Assembly: GCA_039679545.1 (NCBI GenBank)
Contig: JBDKUT010000105.1
Span: forward strand, 1-36,446
Direction of reading: 5' to 3'
DNA length: 36,446 bases
DNA from: Thermotogota bacterium
GTDB lineage: Bacteria; Bipolaricaulota; Bipolaricaulia; UBA7950; UBA9294
Shown here: positions 9,572 to 19,335 of the stretch, in pieces
How the letters are laid out: every line of letters begins with the position of its first letter
Position numbering within the stretch: the stretch's first letter is position 1
Made by a program: the position numbers and the translations under genes
Notes under the pieces: generated by a model
What the model was told of the DNA's origin: nothing
What the model saw: only the letters and a program-made list of their open reading frames with translations
Database searches by the model: none

Positions 9572-9600
9572 TTGACCCCGTTTCAGGTGGCGGCTACGAT
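9572..9600 (+). promoter_or_regulatory. Sigma70-type promoter of trkAH
   Basis: TTGACC-17 nt-TACGAT, followed by an AAGGGGG RBS before ATG 9626. Confidence 0.6.
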
Positions 9601-9625
9601 GCATCGCACCAAGGGGGCCTATCGG

Positions 9626-10288
9626 ATGTACATGATCGTCGTCGGAGCCGGCGGCGTGGGCACCGGCGTCATCGCCCTAGCGACGGCTGAGAAGAACGAG
9701 GTTGTCGTCATCGAGTCCGATCCGGAGCGTGCGAGAGAAGTGAGCCGCGAGTACGACGTCGTCGTGCTCGACGCGGACGCCACGGCCGGCGAAACGCTGC
9801 GCGAAGCCGGCGCGGAGCGCACCGATGCGCTGATCGTCACCACGAGCGACGACGCCGTAAACCTGATGGTGGTCTCGATGGCCGTCGAGTTCCACATCAA
9901 CTCGGTCGTCTCCGTGGTCAACGACAAGGACCACGCGGCGTTCTTCCGGCGGCTCGGCGCGACCGTCATGCAGAACCCCGAAGAGATCGTCGCCGCTCAC
10001 CTGTACAACGTTGCGAGGCGGCCCCGCGTTCAGGACTTCGTCGCCCTCCCTGAGGAGTCGCAGCTGTTCCGGCTCGAGTTGCACGCGAAGTCCCCCCTGG
10101 CCGGGCGGACCGTCGCGCAATGCACGGACGATGGCCGGATCCCGGAGACGATGCGCATCGTCTCCGTTCTGCGCGGAGGGAAGAAGAGCCTGGCAGAAGC
10201 GGACACCAAGCTGAAGGAAGGGGACCTCGTGACGTTCTTCTCTCTGAACGGAGTCCCCGACGGGCTGTTCGCGAAGCTCATCGGATGA
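9626..10288 (+). CDS. trkA: Trk/Ktr potassium uptake regulatory subunit (RCK_N + RCK_C)
   Basis: Rossmann motif IVVGAGGVG, DAT...L..AGA...DALIVTT.DD.VN, and a C-terminal RCK_C (SPLAGRTV...LKEGDLV). Confidence 0.9.
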   Translation: MYMIVVGAGGVGTGVIALATAEKNEVVVIESDPERAREVSREYDVVVLDADATAGETLREAGAERTDALIVTTSDDAVNLMVVSMAVEFHINSVVSVVNDKDHAAFFRRLGATVMQNPEEIVAAHLYNVARRPRVQDFVALPEESQLFRLELHAKSPLAGRTVAQCTDDGRIPETMRIVSVLRGGKKSLAEADTKLKEGDLVTFFSLNGVPDGLFAKLIG

Positions 10289-11799
10289 GACCCTCGTTCT
10301 TCGGCTCGCGCGACGACCTGGCCATTGTCCTGCGCGACGTGGGGCGCTTGATGCCGGTCGTCTCGGCGATGGCACTGGTCTCGCTCTTCGTTCCCATCGT
10401 CTACCACGAAGGGTACGCCATCGCGCCCCTCGTCTGGACCGCGGTGATCGCCGCCGCCCTGGGCCTGGCCCTGTACCTGCCCTTTCGCCACGCCCCGGAG
10501 CCGCAGCTGCGCCACGCGATGATCACCGCCGCCCTCGGTTGGCTGGTCGTCCCCGCCGTCGGAGCCCTCCCCTTCCTCTTCTGCGCCGCGTGGGCCGACG
10601 CGGGACCGACGGCGGCGAACCTGACAGCGTTTCGCGATCCGGCCAACGCGTTCTTTGAATCTCTGTCCGGGTTCACGACGACAGGCCTGTCGGTCGCTCC
10701 CCGGCCGGACCTCTTGCCGCACACGCTGCAGTGGTGGCGAAGCTTTGCGCAGTGGATCGGCAGCTTGGGCGTGATCGTCGTCGTCCTGTCCATCCTCGCG
10801 GGGCCACGGCCGGGGTCCGCGACGTACAGCATGTACTACGCCGAGGCGCGGTCGGACAGAATCCTGCCCACCATTCGCTCGACGGTTCGCACGCTGTGGT
10901 GGATTCTGATCGCCTTCACGGCGGTGAGCATGGCCCTGCAGTGGCGGCTCGGCACGCCGATTTGGCAGGCGGCCAACCACGCCATGACCGCCCTCTCCAC
11001 CGGGGGCTTCGCGGTGACCGCCCCCAATGCAGCGCCCTACCCGAATGTCGGCGTCATGATCGTCCTCATGCTCTCGATGCTCGCCGGTGCGATTAGCTTC
11101 TCCGTCCACTACGCCGCGCTCGGCGCCGGCTGGCGGAGGCTCTTCTCCGACTACCAGACCCGGATGTTCCTTCTCATCGTCCTGGTCGGCATCGCGTTCC
11201 TCACACTGGAGAACCTGCCTCGGATGGGCATCGCCGAAGCGCTCCGGTCGAGCGCGTTTCACTTCGTCTCCGCCGAGACGACGACGGGATTCCAGGCGAC
11301 GGGCTTCGCGACCTGGAGCGAGACGGCCAAGCTCATCCTCGCTGCGGGGATGTTCATCGGCGGCGCTGCGGGGTCGACGGCCGGAGGCATCAAGATCATC
11401 CGGCTCGTCGTGCTGCTCAAGGGACTCTCGTGGCGGTTCCGTCAGGTTCTGTCGCCGCGGCGGGCCGTCATCCCATTCCGGATCGGAGGAACGGCGCTCG
11501 ATTCCGCGGATGTCGGAGAGCGCCTCGAAGACGCTGCCCTGATCATGTTCCTGTGGATCGCGTTCATCGGGGTTGGTGTGGTGGTGCTCCTTCACTGCAC
11601 GCCGCCCCAGTTCACGCTCGCGGACATCGTCCTCGAGGTCGCGAGCGCCCAAGGGAACTCGGGGCTCTCCACGGGGATCACCGGCCCCCAGATGGCGCTG
11701 GCGGGCAAGCTGGCCCTCTGCTTTAACATGTGGGTCGGACGACTCGAGATCATCCCAGTTCTGATCCTGGTCCGGTCGTTCGTCGCACGCGGACGGTAG
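10285..11799 (+). CDS. trkH: Trk potassium uptake membrane subunit
   Basis: Four pore motifs (FESLSGFTTTG, ALSTGGF, SAETTTGF, SAQGNSGLS), plus GSTAGGIK and MWVGRLEI. ATGA overlap with trkA. Confidence 0.93.
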   Translation: MRPSFFGSRDDLAIVLRDVGRLMPVVSAMALVSLFVPIVYHEGYAIAPLVWTAVIAAALGLALYLPFRHAPEPQLRHAMITAALGWLVVPAVGALPFLFCAAWADAGPTAANLTAFRDPANAFFESLSGFTTTGLSVAPRPDLLPHTLQWWRSFAQWIGSLGVIVVVLSILAGPRPGSATYSMYYAEARSDRILPTIRSTVRTLWWILIAFTAVSMALQWRLGTPIWQAANHAMTALSTGGFAVTAPNAAPYPNVGVMIVLMLSMLAGAISFSVHYAALGAGWRRLFSDYQTRMFLLIVLVGIAFLTLENLPRMGIAEALRSSAFHFVSAETTTGFQATGFATWSETAKLILAAGMFIGGAAGSTAGGIKIIRLVVLLKGLSWRFRQVLSPRRAVIPFRIGGTALDSADVGERLEDAALIMFLWIAFIGVGVVVLLHCTPPQFTLADIVLEVASAQGNSGLSTGITGPQMALAGKLALCFNMWVGRLEIIPVLILVRSFVARGR

Positions 11800-11845
11800 C
11801 GGCTGCGCGCCGAGACTAACCGCAGGCGACAGCGCTCTTCGAGAG

Positions 11846-13066
11846 TCAATTCGTTTCCTTGCGTTCTGCGCAGCTCTCGCTGGAGACGGACGCCACCGGC
11901 AACTCGGGGGCGTCGAACACCAAGGGCGGCGTCCCGAGCACGAGTCCTGGGACAAGCGTGTTCAGCAAGGTATAGATGACCAGCCCCCCGATGACGTAGT
12001 CTGGGACCGAATAGGACTCCTTCAGGATGCCCACGATGACCAGACTGAACACGAGGGTCGGCACCATCGGGACGGCGATTCGTAGGCCCTGCGCAAGCGG
12101 CTCGCCGAGCGCGTGGCGACGGTGAGCTACGACAAGGACGAGCGCGACGGGAACCGCAATCACGAGGAAGACGAAGCCGAGCGCCAGCCCTGTCCAGGAG
12201 AAGTCCGAGACGCGTAGCGACACCCCGGCGGAAAAGAAGTAGAACGGAGCGAAGAACGAGGCGAATACCTCTACCGCGTGCAGCATTCGCTCTGATGCCA
12301 TGGCGGGGAGCGTCTCCCGGAAGCGTCTCGCAAGGAGCCCGACCAAGAACGCGCCGACCAGGTAGTACACGCCGAGCTTCCTCGTTCCGTACGCGGCGAG
12401 GATCGCCATCATCACGAGGAACGCGAACTCCGACTTCGGGGCGTACGGCGCGACCCATCGCGCGAACGTGCGAAAGAGAAGAGGAAGGACAAGCACCATC
12501 GATACGAGTGCCGCCGTCGCGAGAACGAGGCGAATCGCGGATGCCGACTGAAGCGTGAAGAACAGAATCACGAGCGCGAGCATCTCGGTTGCGATGGCCT
12601 TGCTCTTCACCGAGCGCTTCTCGGACTCACTAAGGCCGAATTTGCCGAGGGAGTCGAGGATGAACCCCGTCGACGGCGTCAGGAGAGCCAGGGCGACAAG
12701 CAGCGCCGGCCGCGGGGCCAGCCCCAATCCGTAGAGCACCGCAAACGACGCCCCAGCCAAGAGCAGAAGCCTCAGGATGAGGTGCTGCAAGACGATGCGG
12801 GTCTCCCGTCTCAGGAGCGACGTGTCCGCTTCGAGCCCCGCGAAGAGGAACAGCGCGACAATGCCAAGCGTCGCCAGGAGATGCACCGTGGGGTCATGGA
12901 CGAACAGGCCGAATCCCATTCCAGTCGCTGCGCCAAGCGCAAGGCTGGTGACGGCTGACGGAAGTCGCCACCTCTGCAGAAGGCGCGGAACAATGAACAA
13001 TGCGAACAGCATCACGATGTAGCCAAGCTCGCTCGAGAAGAACTGGCGGACGCCGTTCATGGTCAT
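11846..13066 (-). CDS. Cation:proton antiporter (CPA2/KefB-like membrane domain)
   Basis: About 12 hydrophobic segments; LGIVALFLFAGLE, LLTPSTG, LGVYYLVGAFLVG and FAPFYFFSAG. ATG 13066 has a GGGAGG RBS. Confidence 0.8.
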   Translation of the reverse strand: MTMNGVRQFFSSELGYIVMLFALFIVPRLLQRWRLPSAVTSLALGAATGMGFGLFVHDPTVHLLATLGIVALFLFAGLEADTSLLRRETRIVLQHLILRLLLLAGASFAVLYGLGLAPRPALLVALALLTPSTGFILDSLGKFGLSESEKRSVKSKAIATEMLALVILFFTLQSASAIRLVLATAALVSMVLVLPLLFRTFARWVAPYAPKSEFAFLVMMAILAAYGTRKLGVYYLVGAFLVGLLARRFRETLPAMASERMLHAVEVFASFFAPFYFFSAGVSLRVSDFSWTGLALGFVFLVIAVPVALVLVVAHRRHALGEPLAQGLRIAVPMVPTLVFSLVIVGILKESYSVPDYVIGGLVIYTLLNTLVPGLVLGTPPLVFDAPELPVASVSSESCAERKETN

Positions 13067-13273
13067 CGTCGGACCTCCCGCTCCGTCGGTGCGCCCCTGC
13101 TTCAGGGATGGAATGCACGCGTCGACCAGAGTAGCTCGCTCGGCACGTGCCAGCAATCGACCGTCGCCCCGGGAGGTCACACGGGGATCGGCATAGCAGG
13201 AGATCGAATCCGGCGCTGGTCTGGACCGCGCGGCGGCTTTGACGGATAGTCGAGACACGGAGGGGATGAACCG

Positions 13274-14662
13274 ATGGCATTCCAAGCACGACGTCCTTGG
13301 GTCAGGTTATCTCGGAAGACCATGCCTGAACAGACCGTGCTCTTCGTCAGCATCGTCAAGTGGTTCACCCTAGCGACGGCCACAGGCTCCGTCGTCGGGC
13401 TTTCCACGACCGGGTTCCTGAAGCTCCTGGATGCCACGTCGAACGCCGCCCAGCGGCTTCCCTACTTCTACGCTCTCCTCCCGGTCGCTCTGTGTCTGAG
13501 CGCGCTGCTGGTGAGATTCCTCGCTCCGGATGCGGAGGGGCACGGGACGGAAAAGGTCATCGAGGCAGTCCACAGGCGATCCGGCAAGATCCCCATCCAG
13601 GTCGTGCCTGTCAAGCTCGTGGCCACCGTCATCACTCTCGCGGCCGGCGGGTCAGCCGGCAAGGAGGGCCCATGCGCACAGATCGGCGCGGGGCTGTCGT
13701 CCCTCCTGGCCAGCCTCCTCCGATTCGACGATCGAGACCGCGTGAAGCTCGTTGTCTGCGGCATCAGCGCGGGGTTCGCCTCGGTGTTCGGCACGCCCAT
13801 CGCCGGGTCGATCTTCGGCGTGGAGGTGTTGTTCGTGGGCGGCATCATGTACGAAACTCTTCTTCCATCCTTTGTTGCCGGCATCACTGCGTACCAGGTC
13901 TCGGCAGCGCTCGGCGTCACGTACTTCCACGGAGGCCTCCCCGTTCTGCCGCCGTTCAGCGAGTCTCTTCTGCTAACCGTCGTGGGCGCCGGAGTGTTCT
14001 TCGGGCTCTGCTCCGTGCTCCTCATCCAGGCCCTCAGAACGGGCGAATTGCTCTCCAAGAAGCTGCGAATCTGGGATCCCGCAAGAGCCCTTCTGGGAGG
14101 CGGCGTTCTTGTCGTGCTGGCCCTGCTCTTCTCGCCCGCCTACCTCGGACTCGGTCTGCCAACGATCGAAGCGGCCTTGCGCGGCGGTGCCACGCCCTGG
14201 TACGCGTTCCTCCTCAAACCGGTTTTCACGAGCCTCACGCTGAACTTCGGAGGAAGCGGCGGGATCGTAACTCCTATCTTCTTCGTGGGATCGACCGCCG
14301 GCTCCGCGTTCGCCCAGGTCTTCCACCAGAGCACGACGATCTTCGCGGCGATCGGCCTCGTGAGCCTTCTGGCCGGAGCCGCGAATACCCCGATCGCCGC
14401 CAGCATCCTGTCGGTGGAGTTGTTCGGGCCTGCCATCGCCCCGTACGCGACGGTCGCGTGCGTGATCAGCTTTCTCATGACCGGACACCGAAGCGTCTAC
14501 CCCTCCCAGATCCTGTCCATGAGGAAGTCGGAGTCCCTGCGCGTCGAACTGGGCAAGGAGATCGACGCGACGCAGACGACGTTCAGCCCTCGCGAGAGGA
14601 GCGTCCTGGGGGTCGCTCGGACCGCCGCCAAGAAGCTCAAGCGCTGGATCGCCAAGCTGTAG
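13274..14662 (+). CDS. CLC-family chloride channel/transporter (no CBS domains)
   Basis: GSAGKEGPCAQIG, GISAGFASVFGTPIAG, GGSGGIVTP, AANTPIA and GHRSVY motifs. Alternative start at ATG 13322. Confidence 0.9.
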   Translation: MAFQARRPWVRLSRKTMPEQTVLFVSIVKWFTLATATGSVVGLSTTGFLKLLDATSNAAQRLPYFYALLPVALCLSALLVRFLAPDAEGHGTEKVIEAVHRRSGKIPIQVVPVKLVATVITLAAGGSAGKEGPCAQIGAGLSSLLASLLRFDDRDRVKLVVCGISAGFASVFGTPIAGSIFGVEVLFVGGIMYETLLPSFVAGITAYQVSAALGVTYFHGGLPVLPPFSESLLLTVVGAGVFFGLCSVLLIQALRTGELLSKKLRIWDPARALLGGGVLVVLALLFSPAYLGLGLPTIEAALRGGATPWYAFLLKPVFTSLTLNFGGSGGIVTPIFFVGSTAGSAFAQVFHQSTTIFAAIGLVSLLAGAANTPIAASILSVELFGPAIAPYATVACVISFLMTGHRSVYPSQILSMRKSESLRVELGKEIDATQTTFSPRERSVLGVARTAAKKLKRWIAKL

Positions 14663-14715
14663 ACGCGTCTTGTGGCACGCCCGTTGACCCGGGATCCACG
14701 TTCGTATCTCGGTGG

Positions 14716-14744
14716 TTGCGATCCGGAAGCTCATCCGCTAGGGT
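14716..14744 (+). promoter_or_regulatory. Putative promoter of the ArsB/NhaD gene
   Basis: TTGCGA-17 nt-TAGGGT, 10 nt before ATG 14755. No SD sequence. Confidence 0.35.
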
Positions 14745-14754
14745 ATAGACGCCA

Positions 14755-16059
14755 ATGGAGCCTATCCGAATCGTCCCCGTTGTCGTCGCGACGTCGGTCT
14801 TCCTCCTCACCTACGCGGCGATCCTGTCGGAGAAGGTTCACCGCTCAATTGCCAGCGTCATCGGGGCCGCGGCCATGCTGGCTCTCGGGACGTGGTTCGG
14901 CTTCTACAGCGACGCAGCGGCCTTCGGTCGGGTCGACTTCAACACCATTGCGCTGCTGTTCGGGATGATGATCCTCGTCGGGATCATCCAATCCACGGGA
15001 CTATTCGCGTACGTTGCCGTCGGCGTTGCACGCCTCACGCGCGGGAACCCCGTCGTGTTGGCTTTCACACTCGGGATTCTGACCGCTTTGCTCTCCGCCG
15101 TCCTCGACAACGTCACGACGATCATCGTCGTCGCGCCCGTCACGATCTCGATCGCGGAGCTCATCGGGATCAGCCCAATTCCCCTCCTCATGAGCGAGGT
15201 CCTGCTCTCGAATATCGGCGGTGTAGCCACTCTGGTTGGGGATCCTCCCAACATCCTGATTGCCTCAGCGGCCCAGTTCTCGTTCAACGACGTGCTGGCG
15301 CACCTCGCTCCGATCGCGTTGGTCGCGACGCTCATCACTCAGCTCGTGCTGCTGGTGTTCTTCCGGCGAGATCTGCGAGAAGTGAAGAGCAGCCGGAGCG
15401 CCGTCGCAGCACTGGATGCGAGAGCCAGCCTCGTTCGACCGCGCCAGGCGGTCCGCGTGACCGTTGTGTTCGTTGGCACGGTCCTGCTCTACCTTCTCCA
15501 CAGCCGCTTCGGCATCGGCCCGGGACTGGTCGCGCTGATCGGCGCGTCCGCAGCCCTTCTGTGGGTTCGGCCTTCCATCGAAGAGGTCGTGAAGAGCGTA
15601 GAGTGGGACGTCTTGGTGTTCTTCATCGGGCTTTTCGTGATCGTCGGAGGTCTCGACGCGGCCGGAGTTCTCGGCTTCGCGGCGCGAGGAATCGCCGCCC
15701 TCACAGCACACGGCCCCCTCGTGGCTGGAATCGTCCTCCTCTGGGGAAGCGCTCTCTTGTCCGGCGTCGTCGGCAGCATTCCGATCACGATGGTCATGAT
15801 TCCCATCTTGATCGCCTGCGGAGCTCAGGGCGGGGAGGTCGGCTCACTGTGGTGGGCACTGGCCATCGGCGCCGGGTTCGGCGGAAACCTCACGCCCGTT
15901 GGGTCCGCCGCTGGGGTTCTCATGCTGTCCCTCGGACGCCGTTGGGACATCCCGCTCACCGTCCGCGGCTGGTTCCGCAGCGGTCTTCCCGCCACCCTCG
16001 TAAGCTGTGTGGTGGGAACCGTCGGCCTGATCCTGATGGTCCTCCTACACCTCTGGTGA
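14755..16059 (+). CDS. ArsB/NhaD/SLC13-family ion transporter (IT superfamily)
   Basis: DFNTIALLFGMMI, SAVLDNVTT, SNIGGVATLVGDPPNILI, and LWWALAIGAGFGGNLTPVGS. Confidence 0.88.
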   Translation: MEPIRIVPVVVATSVFLLTYAAILSEKVHRSIASVIGAAAMLALGTWFGFYSDAAAFGRVDFNTIALLFGMMILVGIIQSTGLFAYVAVGVARLTRGNPVVLAFTLGILTALLSAVLDNVTTIIVVAPVTISIAELIGISPIPLLMSEVLLSNIGGVATLVGDPPNILIASAAQFSFNDVLAHLAPIALVATLITQLVLLVFFRRDLREVKSSRSAVAALDARASLVRPRQAVRVTVVFVGTVLLYLLHSRFGIGPGLVALIGASAALLWVRPSIEEVVKSVEWDVLVFFIGLFVIVGGLDAAGVLGFAARGIAALTAHGPLVAGIVLLWGSALLSGVVGSIPITMVMIPILIACGAQGGEVGSLWWALAIGAGFGGNLTPVGSAAGVLMLSLGRRWDIPLTVRGWFRSGLPATLVSCVVGTVGLILMVLLHLW

Positions 16060-16097
16060 TCTCCGTCTGAAGCGTGGCAGAGGCCTCGTCGGAGCAC

Positions 16098-16538
16098 CTA
16101 AAGCCGCGGGATTGCCGCCCGCGCGAGTTCGTCCGCGCGTTCGTTCTCCGAATGTCCGGCGTGTCCTTCCACCCAGTGGAAGCGCACGCGGTGCTCGGCC
16201 ACTCGCCGGTCGAGTTCGCGCCAGAGGTCCTCGTTCTTGACGGGAAGCCACCGCTTTCCGGACCGTCGGCGCCATCCGTTCTGCTTCCACACATCGATCC
16301 ACTCGGTGATCCCGCTCCGCACGTAGGTCGAGTCGGTGTACAGGTCGACCTCCGACGGGCCCCGAAGCGCCTTCAGGGCCTCGATCGCCGCGGTCAGCTC
16401 CATCCGGTTGTTGGTGGTGTCGCGCTCCCCCCCTTGGATCTCCTTGCGAAGAGACCCCGCGACGAGGACCGCGCCCCACCCTCCCGGGCCGGGATTCCCG
16501 CTGCACGCGCCGTCGGTGTAGATCGTTACGGCATTCAC
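16098..16538 (-). CDS. rnhA: Ribonuclease HI
   Basis: [38 protein letters not shown] and [18 protein letters not shown]. Start GTG 16538. Confidence 0.96.
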   Translation of the reverse strand: MNAVTIYTDGACSGNPGPGGWGAVLVAGSLRKEIQGGERDTTNNRMELTAAIEALKALRGPSEVDLYTDSTYVRSGITEWIDVWKQNGWRRRSGKRWLPVKNEDLWRELDRRVAEHRVRFHWVEGHAGHSENERADELARAAIPRL

Positions 16539-16653
16539 GAGACCAACTATCGTCGATCCCCCGGGGAGTTGTCGAGGCCGCCGTCTCCGCGACGAGATGG
16601 CCACCCCTCGCACTCCCGTTGCCGCGCCCGCGCGCCACGACTACCATGGGCCC

Positions 16654-17610
16654 ATGCCCATTCCCTCGCTCGTCCTCTTCCTCGGAGACCCGTACCGGTG
16701 TGAGCGCGCCCTGGCGGAACGCGACGCGGCGATTCGAGGCGAGGACCCCACGTGCGAGCGGCACGCGCGGTTCGCCGACGAGGTCGACGTGACGAGTCTC
16801 GACATCGAACTGCAGTCGGCGCCCTTGTTCTCCCTCGGGCGACATTTCGTGATCCGGCGCGTCGACGGGATCCGAAAGCCGGCACCGTGGGTCGAGGCGC
16901 TCGGAAGGCCTCTCCCCCCGGCGACCTTTGTGACGCTCGTCGCAGGCGAGTTGAAGAGCACAAGCCCTCTCGCGAAGCTTTGCCAGACGCGCGGTGAGGT
17001 CACGACGCTTCCTGCGCCGCCCCCACGGGACGCAGATCAGTCGGTACGCGCGCTCGCGGCGGAGCGCGGTCTTCGGCTCCGCCCGGAGGCGATTGAAATC
17101 CTGGCGCGCCGTACGGGGGGCAACCTCCTCTCCGCGGCAGAGGAGACGGCCAAGCTCGCTCAGTTCGCGCCGGAAGGCGATGTCAGCGGTGAGATCGCCG
17201 ATCGGCTCGTCTTTCCCGCCGCCGAGCCAACGGCCTACCCGTTCTACGATCGGCTCGGAGAGCGGGATCTCTCAAGTTCCCTGCGGGCCCTCGCCGAGGT
17301 CCGCGACGATGCGGGGCGACTCCTCGGAGGCGCGGTCCGTCATCTTGCCCGCCTCGCGGCGTTGCGGCTTCTCGTCGAACGTGGGGTCCCGCAGTCAGAA
17401 ATAACGCAGCTTGCCGGGCTCCCCCCCTGGCTCCTGCGGCGCCTGCTCCCCCAAGCGAAGCGCTTCCGGCTGGAAGAAGCCGCCGCCGCTCTCGACCTCG
17501 GTGTCCGGCTCGACGCACAGGTCAAGAGCGGCGGCATCCAAGCGTCCGATGCGCTGCTCAAACTCGCCTTCGACGTTACGCGCTCTTCTCCTCCACGTGG
17601 ACGGGGATGA
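16654..17610 (+). CDS. holA: DNA polymerase III delta subunit
   Basis: LFLGDPY, LQSAPLFS.GR, GGNL.SAAEE.AKL and a C-terminal LD.QVKSG. ATG 16654 is preceded by TACCAT-6 nt. Confidence 0.82.
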   Translation: MPIPSLVLFLGDPYRCERALAERDAAIRGEDPTCERHARFADEVDVTSLDIELQSAPLFSLGRHFVIRRVDGIRKPAPWVEALGRPLPPATFVTLVAGELKSTSPLAKLCQTRGEVTTLPAPPPRDADQSVRALAAERGLRLRPEAIEILARRTGGNLLSAAEETAKLAQFAPEGDVSGEIADRLVFPAAEPTAYPFYDRLGERDLSSSLRALAEVRDDAGRLLGGAVRHLARLAALRLLVERGVPQSEITQLAGLPPWLLRRLLPQAKRFRLEEAAAALDLGVRLDAQVKSGGIQASDALLKLAFDVTRSSPPRGRG

Positions 17611-18952
17611 ACTTCCAGAACCCCGCCTTCTCGAGCAAGAGGCGGCTTGCGATCAGCGCGCAGTAGAGCGTCGCGAGGATTCCGATGGCCAGGGTCACGG
17701 CAAACCCACGAACGGGACCCGTACCGACCAGAAGCAGAATCACGGCGATCGTCATGTTCGCGACGTTCGAGTCGATGAGCGCCGTCATCGAGCGGTCATG
17801 GCCGGCGCGCACGGCGGCCATCGGCGATTTCCCGCTGCGGCGCTCCTCTTTGATGCGCTCGAAAATGATGACGTTGGCGTCGACCGACGTACCGATCGTC
17901 AAGATGATTCCCGCGATCCCCGGCATCGTCAACGTTGCACGGAACAGCGCCAGGGCACCGAAGATGATCAGCAGGTTCAGCACGAGAGAGCAGTCCGCCA
18001 CAATTCCGAGCGTGCGGTAGTAGATCAGCATGTAGAGCAAGATGACGCCGAAGCCGATGACGATCGACATCATCCCGCGGCGGATCGAGTCGTTTCCGAG
18101 CGACGGGCCGACGGTCGTCTCTTCGTCGATCTGGATGGCCACCGGAAGGGCTCCGGCGCGTAGCACGACGGCCAGGCGCTTCGCTTCCTCTGAGGTGAAT
18201 TGCCCAGAGATCGTGGTGGAATCCTTGACTCCTCGCCATCCCTCGCTGCGCGCCGCCTGCACAATGCTGTCCTGGATAACCGGGGCGCTGTACACCGTGC
18301 TGTCCAGGATGATGGCGAGGCGCTTGCCGGACCCGAGGTCGCGGATGACCTTCGCGAACTGCTCGGCCCCGGCCTGGTTGAACGACATCGAAATCATGAG
18401 CCGTCCGGCGGTTCGCACGTCCTGCGACGTCTGAACCTTGGCGTCGGCCAGGGCCGCCCCGGTGAGCAGCACGTCGCGCTTCACGATGTACGGGACTCCG
18501 TCGCGGTCGCGGAGCAGCTCTTCGTCCATCGACTCAGGAACCAGGTCCTCAAGTTTCGAGGTCCCGCCCTGGACGACCTCGCGGAACTCAAGCATCGCCG
18601 TCTGGCCAATCAGCCGGCGGGCCTCGGCTGGATCCGTGGCGCCCGGGATGTTGACCAAGATGCGGTCGCCGCCGAACCGGCGGATCTCGGCGTTCGCGAG
18701 CCCATACTGGTCAATGCGGTTCGCCAGAATCTCGATGACGCGATCGATCGTCTGTGTCTGGTCCTCCGCGCTCAGCTGCGACACGCCCTCTCCCTCGAGG
18801 ACGAGCCGTACGCCGCCCTGAAGGTCGAGTCCGAGGTTGACGACCTCCTTGAGCGGCCAGAACGGGTAGATGAGCCAAAGGCAACCGATCAGAACGACGA
18901 CGACAGAGGCGAACCGCAACCAGTCCCCTCGGGTCATTTCACGATGTGCCAT
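17576..18952 (-). CDS. secD: Protein translocase subunit SecD
   Basis: NLGLDLQGG, LRAGALP, TVGPSLG, TLTMPGIAGIILTIG.SVDANVIIFERIKEE and GPVRGFAVTL. Confidence 0.95.
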   Translation of the reverse strand: MAHREMTRGDWLRFASVVVVLIGCLWLIYPFWPLKEVVNLGLDLQGGVRLVLEGEGVSQLSAEDQTQTIDRVIEILANRIDQYGLANAEIRRFGGDRILVNIPGATDPAEARRLIGQTAMLEFREVVQGGTSKLEDLVPESMDEELLRDRDGVPYIVKRDVLLTGAALADAKVQTSQDVRTAGRLMISMSFNQAGAEQFAKVIRDLGSGKRLAIILDSTVYSAPVIQDSIVQAARSEGWRGVKDSTTISGQFTSEEAKRLAVVLRAGALPVAIQIDEETTVGPSLGNDSIRRGMMSIVIGFGVILLYMLIYYRTLGIVADCSLVLNLLIIFGALALFRATLTMPGIAGIILTIGTSVDANVIIFERIKEERRSGKSPMAAVRAGHDRSMTALIDSNVANMTIAVILLLVGTGPVRGFAVTLAIGILATLYCALIASRLLLEKAGFWKFIPVHVEEKSA

Positions 18953-18962
18953 GCGGTGTCCC

Positions 18963-19331
18963 TCACTTGTCGAGCTTCCTCACGATGCTCGCCTTGGCCA
19001 TGCGGAGCTTCGCGCCTTCTTCGAGAATGAGGACCACCGACGTGTCCCCAATCGAGTCAATCTCGGCGATGATTCCGCCGGCCGTCATGACCTTGTCCCC
19101 GCGCTTCAGTCCCGCGAGAAGGTTGTTCATCTCCTGCTGTCGTTTGCGCTGCGGCCGGATCAACATGAAGTAGAAGATCGCGCCGAACGCGACGAGCAGG
19201 ATGATCAGGGGTAGGTAGCTGGACAACCCCGACGCGGAGGTCGAGGTCGACGTCCCCTCGACTTCCTGCGCCCACGCCGCGCCGGACAGGACGAGCAAGA
19301 GAAGACCACACGCCACGAACGCTCGGCTCAT
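18963..19331 (-). CDS. yajC: Preprotein translocase subunit YajC
   Basis: FYFMLIRPQRKRQ...LKRGDKVMTAGGI. ATG 19331 has an AAGGAG RBS. Confidence 0.93.
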   Translation of the reverse strand: MSRAFVACGLLLLVLSGAAWAQEVEGTSTSTSASGLSSYLPLIILLVAFGAIFYFMLIRPQRKRQQEMNNLLAGLKRGDKVMTAGGIIAEIDSIGDTSVVLILEEGAKLRMAKASIVRKLDK

Positions 19332-19335
19332 GCTA

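Noticed and set aside
9325..9625. c-di-AMP (ydaO) riboswitch upstream of trkAH
   Set aside because: The conserved ydaO segments were not recognisable, and the predicted promoter leaves only a ~20-nt leader.
10030..11955. Long antisense or alternate-frame ORFs (e.g. 10030..11955, 960..2072, 2291..3751, 13360..14748, 14892..16070)
   Set aside because: These are Arg/Pro/Gly-rich shadow frames of well-supported genes, as expected in high-GC DNA.
13067..13273. Fluoride riboswitch upstream of the CLC gene
   Set aside because: No GGnGAUGGnGUUCnCC...GCUnAUGAC pattern was found by eye. An Rfam scan would be decisive.
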